Of a stretch of 57,018 bases of DNA, positions 28,931 through 35,499 are shown piece by piece. Position 1 is the first letter of the stretch; every line of letters begins with the position of its first letter. The stretch is from a virus. Made by a program: the position numbers and the translations under genes. Under the pieces are notes generated by a model. That model searched no databases. It was not told the DNA's origin and worked only from the letters and a program-made list of their open reading frames with translations. The stretch lies in the IMG/VR virus record IMGVR_UViG_3300035703_000114; one strand, 5' to 3'.

Positions 28931-28965
28931 ACAATAAAAGGCCCCCGCCCGGTAAGGGCGAGGGC
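28931..28965 (-). terminator. Rho-independent terminator of the GC-rich cassette
   Basis: Minus strand reads GCCCTCGCCC-ttacc-GGGCGGGGGC followed by CTTTTATTGT, 22 nt after the stop at 28987. Confidence 0.75.
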
Positions 28966-28986
28966 GAGGGGCTCAGCCGGTGGTGA

Positions 28987-30156
28987 TCACCAGGTCAGGC
29001 GGGCGGTGCCATCGGCCAGGGGTTGCGCATCAGGGATAGCGGCCAGGTGGAACGGGGCAGCCTCAGGCCCTGCCCCTCGGCTCACTTTGCTGCGCAAGAT
29101 CACGGCCACACCCTGAGGATCCGCCCACCTGTGATCGGACAGGTCGCCGTTAACGCAAGGCACGGTCACAGCCGGCCCGTGATCCGGGGCGAGGGTGAGG
29201 GCCACCGGCAGCGGCTGCCCCTTGCGCAGGGCCACCGGTACGGCCAGGCGGAACCCTGCCCTCACAGCAGCGGCAGCATCAGCAACGGCCGAGGCCCGAT
29301 CAGCAGCCAGGCTGGCTGTCACGTCAAACCCAGCCTCAGCCTGAGCCCACAGGCCGAGGGGGCCTGACAGCGGCGCCTTGCTGTATTCATACAGTTTGAG
29401 GCTCCCATCAGCGCGCGCAACCCCGAGGGCCTCAGCCAGGGTGACAGCCCCGGGGCTGATGGCCAGGCCAAACCGACGCGCGATCGCGACAGCATCAGCC
29501 ACCGGCAGCGACAGCCTCAGGCGGTGCCACCCGCAAGCCGGCCCCTCATCAGTGCCGCGCAGCCTGACAGCGAGGGGCAGCCCCTCGGCCTGCGCGCGGG
29601 CCCATTGGCGGGCGATCGCCCATACCATCGCGCGCCCGTAGAGGGCGGGGCCGGCGATCATCGCCAGGGTGCGGCGCCCCCGGGCGGCAGCAACGGCAGG
29701 CGACAGGCCGCCATGGCCCGCCCAATTTAGGCATCCGGCAGCACAGCCGGTGGTAGCCCAGGGGCAGCCGTTATGGGCGATCGCCTGCGGGATCATCCTC
29801 TCCCGGGCGGCGAGGGCGGCCAGGTCGGCCAGGTGACTGCGGGGGGCGGTGCTGCCCCTGTGGCCGGGTGTGACGGCAGCGGCCAGGGCGCGCGCGGGCA
29901 GGTGGTGGAGAATGACGGCCCGGGCCTGGGCGCTGCCCTTGCCAAGCTTCGGGTTGCTGTCAGTCAACAGATCAGCGAGGCCGAGGCCGAACCTGGCCAG
30001 GTGGGCGGCAACCTCAGCCGGCAGCCGTACGGGCGCGCAACGGGTGGCCTGGGCGGTGGTGGTGGTGATCACGGGGATAACAGGTAACAGGTAACGGGGC
30101 CGGGTGAGGGCCACAGGGTACCCACCCCGGGCAGGGGCAGGGCGCCGGGTGGCCAT
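28987..30156 (-). CDS. Cassette protein 5 (389 aa from the coupled ATG, or 361 aa from GTG 30072); Cys-cluster protein of unknown function
   Basis: Only long ORF in this stretch whose product reads like a natural protein. TGATG overlap with the upstream gene. Motifs SNPKLGKG and NGCPWATTGCAAGCLNWAGHGG, vaguely GP88-like from memory (unverified). Confidence 0.7.
   Translation of the reverse strand: MATRRPAPARGGYPVALTRPRYLLPVIPVITTTTAQATRCAPVRLPAEVAAHLARFGLGLADLLTDSNPKLGKGSAQARAVILHHLPARALAAAVTPGHRGSTAPRSHLADLAALAARERMIPQAIAHNGCPWATTGCAAGCLNWAGHGGLSPAVAAARGRRTLAMIAGPALYGRAMVWAIARQWARAQAEGLPLAVRLRGTDEGPACGWHRLRLSLPVADAVAIARRFGLAISPGAVTLAEALGVARADGSLKLYEYSKAPLSGPLGLWAQAEAGFDVTASLAADRASAVADAAAAVRAGFRLAVPVALRKGQPLPVALTLAPDHGPAVTVPCVNGDLSDHRWADPQGVAVILRSKVSRGAGPEAAPFHLAAIPDAQPLADGTARLTW
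30078..30094 (-). repeat. Leader-motif copy TTACCTGTTACCTGTTA (upstream of GTG 30072, or inside cassette gene 5)
   Basis: Minus strand reads ccccgTTACCTGTTACCTGTTAtccccGTGatc. Same motif as at 31186..31199 and 31404..31424. Confidence 0.85.
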
Positions 30157-30407
30157 CAGCGGCGGGGCGCCCACCTGCCGTCAGCGGTTTGGCGCTGGAG
30201 GTTGCCCACGTGGGCACCGCCCAGGGTGCCGGGGCCGTCGGGGTGGTGATCCCAACGGATACGGGCCAGGTCATGGCCGCCACCCCAGAGGGCCACCACC
30301 ACACCCCGGGCCTGTGGGAGCCAGCCGGTAACCGCCCCCATCTGCTGACAGAAGGTGGAGCTATAACGCACCCGATCGCCGGGCTGAATTCTGTGCAGCC
30401 GTTCCAT
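30156..30407 (-). CDS. Cassette protein 4 (83 aa), unknown
   Basis: TGATG overlaps at both ends. Sequence MERLHRIQPGDRVRYSS...VVVALWGGGHDLARIRWD suggests a small beta (SH3-like) fold. Confidence 0.65.
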   Translation of the reverse strand: MERLHRIQPGDRVRYSSTFCQQMGAVTGWLPQARGVVVALWGGGHDLARIRWDHHPDGPGTLGGAHVGNLQRQTADGRWAPRR

Positions 30408-31183
30408 CAGGCCACCCCCTGGGCGCGCAGGCTGGCGATGGTGGCAGGACAGCCACCCAGAGCTTCCATCGCATCAGCCACACCCCGGAGCGAGGGCTCA
30501 GCCCCGCACACGTCACGATGCCGGGCGGCGATCGCGCGGGCCTCAGCAGTCAGCAGCCACCCGGCAGCCTCAGCACAGGCCAAGGCGTGGGCGGGGCTGT
30601 AGGTATCGGGCAGGGTGAAAAGGGCCTCGCCCAAGACACCCCGAACCTCTACCCCGTACCGCATCAGGGCAAACCCAGCAACCACAGGGCGCGCGCCCCT
30701 CTCCTGCCCGGTGGCAATCCTGGCCAGCATCAGCGGTAGGGCCAGGGCCTCGGCATCAGCACCGGCAGCACAGGCCGCCACTAGCTCCCGGCATGCGGCC
30801 AGGGCCTGGATTGCCTGGGCGCCATGGGCCAGGGCCTCGCCCTCGCTGGGGGTCAGGGCCGTTACGTATGCATAGGACTCACCCCCATCAAGTGAGCCCA
30901 CTGCGGGCAGGGCGCGCCATGGCAGGCCCTGCCGTGTCAGAAGGGCAGCGGCTGCCGCGTCCGGGCCATCGGCGGCAGGCACGGCCAGGCGGGCGGCCCT
31001 GTCGCGAGGACTGCGCTTAAGGGTGGCAACCCATTGGCCCCGGCCTTGGGAATCACAGCCGTAGCGCACAACGACAGCCGCGCGGGAGCTCACTACGGGG
31101 CCGTGGGCAACATCAGTGGCCACCCTGTCACACCCGAGGGCAGCGAGGGCGGCGGGATCGTAGGGGTGGGAGGGGTTTTGCAT
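30407..31183 (-). CDS. Cassette protein 3 (258 aa), unknown
   Basis: Start taken at ATG 31183 (MQNPSHPYDPAAL...), which leaves a 35-nt gap after gene 2 holding the leader motif. Ala-rich helical C-terminal half. Confidence 0.65.
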   Translation of the reverse strand: MQNPSHPYDPAALAALGCDRVATDVAHGPVVSSRAAVVVRYGCDSQGRGQWVATLKRSPRDRAARLAVPAADGPDAAAAALLTRQGLPWRALPAVGSLDGGESYAYVTALTPSEGEALAHGAQAIQALAACRELVAACAAGADAEALALPLMLARIATGQERGARPVVAGFALMRYGVEVRGVLGEALFTLPDTYSPAHALACAEAAGWLLTAEARAIAARHRDVCGAEPSLRGVADAMEALGGCPATIASLRAQGVA

Positions 31184-31185
31184 GG

Positions 31186-31199
31186 CAGTTAACAGGTAA
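31186..31199 (-). repeat. Leader-motif copy TTACCTGTTAACTG, 2 nt upstream of the cassette gene 3 ATG
   Basis: Minus strand reads ccccTTACCTGTTAACTGccATGcaa. Confidence 0.85.
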
Positions 31200-31218
31200 G
31201 GGGTTACGGGTGTGAGGC

Positions 31219-31401
31219 TCAGGCGGGCAGCGCGCGCAGGGTGGCGGCGGGGTCGATCCGCTGCCACAGGGCCACCAGGCGGGCAGCATCAGCGGCAGCG
31301 CGCGGGCGGCCTGCGGGTTGCCACCCGGCTGCCATGCCCCGGTAGCGGGCGACCTGGGCGAGGGCGGGGGCAGCGGGGCGGGTGAAAAGGCGGGTGATCA
31401 T
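31219..31401 (-). CDS. Cassette protein 2 (60 aa), unknown
   Basis: Start taken at ATG 31401 (MITRLFTRPAAPALAQVARYRG...), directly after the leader motif. Confidence 0.5.
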   Translation of the reverse strand: MITRLFTRPAAPALAQVARYRGMAAGWQPAGRPRAAADAARLVALWQRIDPAATLRALPA

Positions 31402-31403
31402 GG

Positions 31404-31424
31404 CAGGTAACAGGTAACAGGTAA
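31404..31424 (-). repeat. Leader-motif copy TTACCTGTTACCTGTTACCTG, 2 nt upstream of the cassette gene 2 ATG
   Basis: Minus strand reads cccTTTACCTGTTACCTGTTACCTGccATGatc. Confidence 0.85.
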
Positions 31425-31437
31425 AGGGCACCCTGCG

Positions 31438-31470
31438 GGCGCCCACCCACTATGGGGCCAGGTGGGCGCC
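31438..31470 (-). other. Perfect 10-bp stem-loop between cassette genes 1 and 2
   Basis: GGCGCCCACC (31438..31447) pairs with GGTGGGCGCC (31461..31470) around a 13-nt loop. No T-tract follows, so it is more likely an RNA processing, stability or attenuation element than a terminator. Confidence 0.6.
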
Positions 31471-31504
31471 ATACCCCAGGGCGAGGGTGCGGGTTGCGCA
31501 ATTG

Positions 31505-32314
31505 TCACACCCCCACGGCCTCACCCCGGCACAGCCTGAGCGCCCGATCCTGGGCGGCCGTCACAGGTGGCAGGGCAGCCAGGGCGGCAGCGGCTGCCGC
31601 AATTGCGCCCAGGGGCAGGGCGGCCAGGGCCTCCCCATAGGTGCGCTCCCCTGCCATCACAGGGCCATCAGGCCACCAGGCCGGGGGCAGGTCAAACCCA
31701 GCACCCCGCACAGCCTGGGCGATAGGCCACAGGGTGGCCACCCTCTCACCCTGCAGGGCAACCCGGGCGCTGGCGTCAGGGGTGCCGGGATCCCACGGTT
31801 GCAAACCGGCAAACCCACCACCAGCAAACCGGGGGGGCAGCTCAGGGGCGTCCGACAGCGCGCGGGCCAGGCTGGCCAGGCTCACCCGGCGCCCGGCTGC
31901 CGCATCAGCGCACAGGGCAGCCACGGACTCGCGATCCTCACCCGGCAGCACAACAGGGGCAGGCTCAGCCACCCGGGCAGCCACCGGCTCAGGCTCACCC
32001 GGCAGCACAGGGCGGCGCGGGGCTGGGGGGTAGCAGTCAGGGGGCAGGGCCTCGCTGAGGCTCTCAGTCTCGGGGTTAAAGGTGGCAAAACCCAGCCGGT
32101 CGACAGCCTCAGGCTCAGCCACCACCGGGGCAGGCTCAGCCTGGGCGGCCTGAGCCTCCCGGGCCAGCTCCCGCAGGCGGCCAAGGTTCACGTATTGACC
32201 GCCCACCAGATAACAGAGGGTGCGACAGCGCCCGCGCGCGGGGCTCTTAGCAGCGTTCACGCCAGCAGCGCGCAGGATCGCGAGGGCCTCATCGGCAGGA
32301 ATCAGGGTCGACAT
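31505..32314 (-). CDS. Cassette protein 1 (269 aa), unknown; N-terminus possibly DNA-binding
   Basis: Start taken at ATG 32314 (MSTLIPADEALAILRAAGVNAAKSP...YLVGGQYVNLGRLRELA), downstream of the cassette promoter. Pro/Ala/Glu-rich linker followed by a C-terminal domain. Confidence 0.65.
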   Translation of the reverse strand: MSTLIPADEALAILRAAGVNAAKSPARGRCRTLCYLVGGQYVNLGRLRELAREAQAAQAEPAPVVAEPEAVDRLGFATFNPETESLSEALPPDCYPPAPRRPVLPGEPEPVAARVAEPAPVVLPGEDRESVAALCADAAAGRRVSLASLARALSDAPELPPRFAGGGFAGLQPWDPGTPDASARVALQGERVATLWPIAQAVRGAGFDLPPAWWPDGPVMAGERTYGEALAALPLGAIAAAAAALAALPPVTAAQDRALRLCRGEAVGV

Positions 32315-32339
32315 AAGAGATAAGCGATAACGCCACCCA

Positions 32340-32368
32340 TATATAGGCGGCCGCCCGCCACCCGTCAA
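32340..32368 (-). promoter_or_regulatory. Near-consensus sigma70-type promoter of the GC-rich cassette (TTGACG-17-TATATA)
   Basis: Minus strand reads ctgTTGACGggtggcgggcggccgccTATATAtgggtggcGTTATCGCTTAtctcttATG. Confidence 0.7.
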
Positions 32369-32471
32369 CAGATCACAGGGCGAGGGTGCCACCGGCTCAC
32401 CCGGCCGGGTTGCTCCTGGCACAGCCACCCGGGCCACCCTGCGCACAGGTCAACCCATCAGCGGGCGGCCT

Positions 32472-32486
32472 CGGGTTTGCATCAGC
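32472..32486. repeat. Right copy of the 15-bp inverted repeat (CGGGTTTGCATCAGC)
   Basis: Exact reverse complement of 28848..28862. Confidence 0.9.
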
Positions 32487-32708
32487 AACCCCGCCGCGCG
32501 ATCGCATCAGCAACCCGCACGCAGTTAGCAATGCAAACCCGCACGGGGTAGCGGTCGCTAACTCACCTCGAGTTGCAGTCGCGAACACCTCGCGCGTTTG
32601 CGTTTAAAACACCCCGCGCGTTCGTGTCACCGAACCGCGCAGTCGCATTGTCGATGTCACTAACTCACCGCGAGTTCGTGACACCGGCCGCTGCATTGGC
32701 GATTGCAT

Positions 32709-32722
32709 GCTGATGCAAACCG
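32709..32722. repeat. Third copy (GCTGATGCAAACCG, same orientation as the left copy)
   Basis: 13/13 identity with GCTGATGCAAACC. Together with 32472..32486 it forms a second inverted pair about 220 bp apart. A further partial copy (aatgcaaacccgcacgg) starts near 32530. Confidence 0.8.
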
Positions 32723-32750
32723 TGTGGCCTTATATATAAAGAATAGGGGG

Positions 32751-32808
32751 CGTGTGCGCGCGCGGCGGCGCTCGGCGGCGCGGCGGCCGGCGGCGCGGCG
32801 GCGGGGCG
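32751..32808. repeat. Almost pure G/C simple-sequence tract (CGG/GCG-type microsatellite)
   Basis: cgtgtgcgcgcgcggcggcgctcggcggcgcggcggccggcggcgcggcggcggggcg, flanked on both sides by AT-rich DNA (tatatataaag / ttaaacttaaatgcatttttt). Confidence 0.85.
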
Positions 32809-32905
32809 TAGGCGGGCATGCAGGCTTAAACTTAAATGCATTTTTTCCTATATAAAAACCGACCCTCCAGAGTTCCTAAAACTTTTTGGGACCGGCATAA
32901 CGCAT

Positions 32906-32929
32906 AAAAAACCGACCCCTCGCGAGTCC
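32906..32929 (-). terminator. Possible terminator right after the 89-aa gene; one of two copies of a GGGTCGGTTTTT element
   Basis: Minus strand reads TAG-GGACTCGCGAGGGGTCGGTTTTTTATG (short stem with a G-U pair, then T6). A sister copy GGAACTCTGGAGGGTCGGTTTTTATA lies at 32854..32876. Confidence 0.4.
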
Positions 32930-33199
32930 CTACCCCTCCCCGTCGTAAGCCGCCTCAATCCATCTCCCGCAGCAATCGCAACACATGCACTCGCCCTCCC
33001 AATTCGCCTCAAGCCGCACCACACACCACCCGTCGCGACCGTCGGTGAGCGCAATCCACTCCCGCTCTTCTTCCGCGCAAAGCCGACAAATCACACTGCC
33101 GTCATCCATTACCGCATACAAGGGGTAACCACCAGGCCATGCCCATGGCTCACGCACGAGCTGATCAGCCAGCCTGAGCGACTTCGATCCGGTACTCAT
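32930..33199 (-). CDS. Small Cys-rich protein (89 aa)
   Basis: ATGA overlap with the upstream gene. Motifs GGYPLYAVMDDGSVICRLC and ECMCCDCCGRWIE. Confidence 0.7.
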   Translation of the reverse strand: MSTGSKSLRLADQLVREPWAWPGGYPLYAVMDDGSVICRLCAEEEREWIALTDGRDGWCVVRLEANWEGECMCCDCCGRWIEAAYDGEG

Positions 33200-33615
33200 T
33201 CCGCGTCCTTCCTGCCGCGTGCATCAAGTTTCCAGCCGTAGTCAAGATGTGTAAGCACCTGACGTAACGCAACCTCAGGCGTCACCTGAATACGACCCTC
33301 AACGCGGTTGCGCATCGTGGAGCGGCTGCCACCAGTGCCGTACATCGAAATCACGCGATCACGGTCTGGAATCCACATGCACCACTCATCGCCATCGCGC
33401 AGAGTGACGGGGGCACCAGCTTTCAAGATCTCAACTGGCGCCACCTCGGAGCGGTCGCAGTAAGACCAGCGGTCCTTGGCCACTATCTCGCCGCAGCGCT
33501 CGCAGCCAAGTGCGCTCCAGCAGAAGTGCGTGACGCGGCTAACGCCTTGGCAATAAGGGCAGCGGATGAAAGCTCCCGCCCTGGGAGCACGAGTGTGTCT
33601 TGTGATCAGTTTCAT
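33196..33615 (-). CDS. Zinc-ribbon protein (139 aa), unknown
   Basis: CPYCQG...x16...CERCG at the N-terminus. Same operon as the ligase-like and RlpA-like genes. Confidence 0.7.
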   Translation of the reverse strand: MKLITRHTRAPRAGAFIRCPYCQGVSRVTHFCWSALGCERCGEIVAKDRWSYCDRSEVAPVEILKAGAPVTLRDGDEWCMWIPDRDRVISMYGTGGSRSTMRNRVEGRIQVTPEVALRQVLTHLDYGWKLDARGRKDAE

Positions 33616-33653
33616 GGTTGAGACAAGTGAGATTCATTCCAGCGCAGTGAGTC

Positions 33654-33980
33654 TCAATATGAGATATCCACTGTCGCAATGCCGTCTAACGGCACTCCAA
33701 GCGCTGCAGCAGCACCAGCGGACAGGTCAATCGAGTTGCAGTCGCACCTGTCCCTGATTGGCACCACCAGCACGCGACCTCGGTGACGCACCGTGACCCG
33801 CGTGCCACAAGGCAGCCATGGATGCGCGGCTGACACATCCCAGTGGCGGTAGGTGCCACCGCAATACGCCACACGCCCGTGATACCAGCCGTCGTACACC
33901 GTCGCGGTCACCGGCCGCGCATCACCAGCCCCTGGCCACAGCACCAGCGCTGCAGCCAGTGAATGCAAAAACCGCCGCAT
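33654..33980 (-). CDS. Secreted RlpA-like double-psi beta-barrel (DPBB) protein (108 aa)
   Basis: From ATG 33980 (TGATG overlap with the ligase-like stop): signal-like MRRFLHSLAAALVLWPGAGDA, then TATVYDGWYHGRVAYCGG...AAHPWLPCGTRVTVRHRGRVLVVPIRDRCDCNSIDLSAGAAAALG, which follows the RlpA/expansin DPBB pattern. Confidence 0.7.
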   Translation of the reverse strand: MRRFLHSLAAALVLWPGAGDARPVTATVYDGWYHGRVAYCGGTYRHWDVSAAHPWLPCGTRVTVRHRGRVLVVPIRDRCDCNSIDLSAGAAAALGVPLDGIATVDISY

Positions 33981-34702
33981 CACTTCACCGCCAGCGCCCA
34001 ACGCGGCGCCTTAGAGGACTCACCCATCTGGAACTGCACGTCGCGGTCGATCACCTTCGCCACCACGCCATCAGTCGGCCACGGACGATCCCACAGCTTC
34101 CCAGTCCTCCACAGCGCATGCACCTTCTGCACCTCCTCCAGCCGCGTGCAAAGCAGCGAATCCACGCAGTCGAAACCCAGGTCGCCAAGCCAAGCCATCG
34201 CATCGACCTCTGTGCGCTCCTGGAAGGCGCCTCCGAACGCCGCGTAGGCCAACCCACTCGAAACCGCCTTACCGCGCCTCAGAGCCGCTGCTGGCGTGCT
34301 CTGGCGGCCATCAAGTCCCCACAGCTCGCCGCGCACCTCGAACTCATCCGTCACGACCACCTGCGCAGGCACCACCGAACGCACCACCTCGGTGCAATCG
34401 ATTCCGCTACGGGTCCACGCAGCAGCAAGCCGACCACCCACATACCGCAGCGCCACACTCGCGCCATCCACCTTCGGCTGCACCACAACCGCACAACCAG
34501 GCCACCACTCCTCCAGCGGCCCGTTATCGAGCGACAGCAGCGCACGACCACCACCAGGCACCAGCAGCTCCGGTGCATGTGGCGCAACAGCACGCAGCTC
34601 CTCGACCAGCGCATCGAACGCTGCATCGGTCATCACGGGCATCCCAGCCCTGTAAGCGGCATCGGCGCGACGCACCTCAGCCCTAAGCGAAGAAACGGAC
34701 AT
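33980..34702 (-). CDS. NAD+-dependent DNA ligase-like protein with domain Ia plus nucleotidyltransferase domain only (240 aa)
   Basis: LRAEVRRADAAYRAGMPVMTDAAFDALVEELRAV (LigA Ia-type), KVDG (KxDG adenylation motif), and an ending ...SKAPRWALAVK (LigA PRWA-x-A-x-K motif). No OB, Zn-finger, HhH or BRCT region follows. Confidence 0.75.
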   Translation of the reverse strand: MSVSSLRAEVRRADAAYRAGMPVMTDAAFDALVEELRAVAPHAPELLVPGGGRALLSLDNGPLEEWWPGCAVVVQPKVDGASVALRYVGGRLAAAWTRSGIDCTEVVRSVVPAQVVVTDEFEVRGELWGLDGRQSTPAAALRRGKAVSSGLAYAAFGGAFQERTEVDAMAWLGDLGFDCVDSLLCTRLEEVQKVHALWRTGKLWDRPWPTDGVVAKVIDRDVQFQMGESSKAPRWALAVK

Positions 34703-34725
34703 AACCGTTAAGCGATAACTCAATC

Positions 34726-34754
34726 AATGTACCCGATAATTCGCGTAAGCGCAA
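34726..34754 (-). promoter_or_regulatory. Promoter of the ligase-like operon (TTGCGC-17-TACATT)
   Basis: Minus strand reads ccggTTGCGCttacgcgaattatcgggTACATTgattgaGTTATCGCTTAacggttATG. Shares the GTTATCGCTTA-N6-ATG leader with the cassette promoter. Confidence 0.55.
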
Positions 34755-34758
34755 CCGG

Positions 34759-35490
34759 TCAGCCCAGCGCGCGCTGCAGCGCTTTCGACAGCAACGACGG
34801 CAGCAGCTCTTCCGACTTCCGCTGCACCGTCCCCGCAAAGTCAAACACCGCAGGCACTGTCGGGTGCTTACGCGCATACCCAAACAGCAACTGCAGGTCG
34901 TTCGACTTCGCGCGGTAGATGCCCGGCTTCAGGTTTCCACCGCCACGACGCGCAGGTTTCCGCTGATCTGGCACGGAGAAATACCGCCAGCTCGCACCTC
35001 GCTTCCCACCACTGCGGCCGTTCTCAGCCTTTAACCCAGCAAGCACCTGCTGGTACTGACCGGGCGTCATGTTCCCGTAGGCGTTCTTTCGCACCCCACG
35101 ACCCTGCAGGTACGGGATTGCGTAATAGCTCGCATCCACCACGCCCATGCCCCTCACCGCCCTGGTGAAGCGCGTGATGTACGCAGGCTTGCCGCCACCG
35201 CCATCCTCGGTGCTGACTGGGTACAGGTAGCGCGCAGGATCCTGACCCTTGGCGCCATCGGTCGAGATCCGGACGGTAAGGGTGAGGCCATCAACGGCGT
35301 AACGCGGTGATCGAAGCGTGAACGGCACCGGGTTGTCGAACACGTCCGCCATGTACTGCGCCAGCTCGCCGCGCATCTTGAAGCCCAGCTCCTTCAGCGC
35401 CTGGTTACCGGCATACGGGAGCTGAACCTTCTGCAGCACGTTGAGCTGCCCGATAAGGCGCTCGGCGTCGAATTCGATGGAGCGGGCCAT
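34759..35490 (-). CDS. Hypothetical protein (243 aa), basic C-terminal half
   Basis: Clean ORF with a 9-nt gap to the upstream gene. I could not assign a family, though the N-terminus is faintly like HK97-gp10-type virion proteins. Confidence 0.7.
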   Translation of the reverse strand: MARSIEFDAERLIGQLNVLQKVQLPYAGNQALKELGFKMRGELAQYMADVFDNPVPFTLRSPRYAVDGLTLTVRISTDGAKGQDPARYLYPVSTEDGGGGKPAYITRFTRAVRGMGVVDASYYAIPYLQGRGVRKNAYGNMTPGQYQQVLAGLKAENGRSGGKRGASWRYFSVPDQRKPARRGGGNLKPGIYRAKSNDLQLLFGYARKHPTVPAVFDFAGTVQRKSEELLPSLLSKALQRALG

Positions 35491-35499
35491 GGGGTCAGG

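Noticed and set aside
31487-32323. 278-aa plus-strand ORF (with 31641..32033 and others) inside the GC-rich cassette
   Set aside because: The product (Gly/Arg/Pro/His/Gln-rich, for example HPHGLTPAQPERPILGGRHRWQGSQGGSG) reads like an antisense shadow. High GC suppresses stop codons on all frames. The minus-strand frames carry the promoter, terminator and start/stop coupling.
33818-34711. 297-aa plus-strand ORF opposite the ligase-like and RlpA-like genes
   Set aside because: The sequence is low-complexity and rich in His/Arg/Pro/Thr. It is antisense to ORFs with clear KxDG/PRWA and DPBB motifs.
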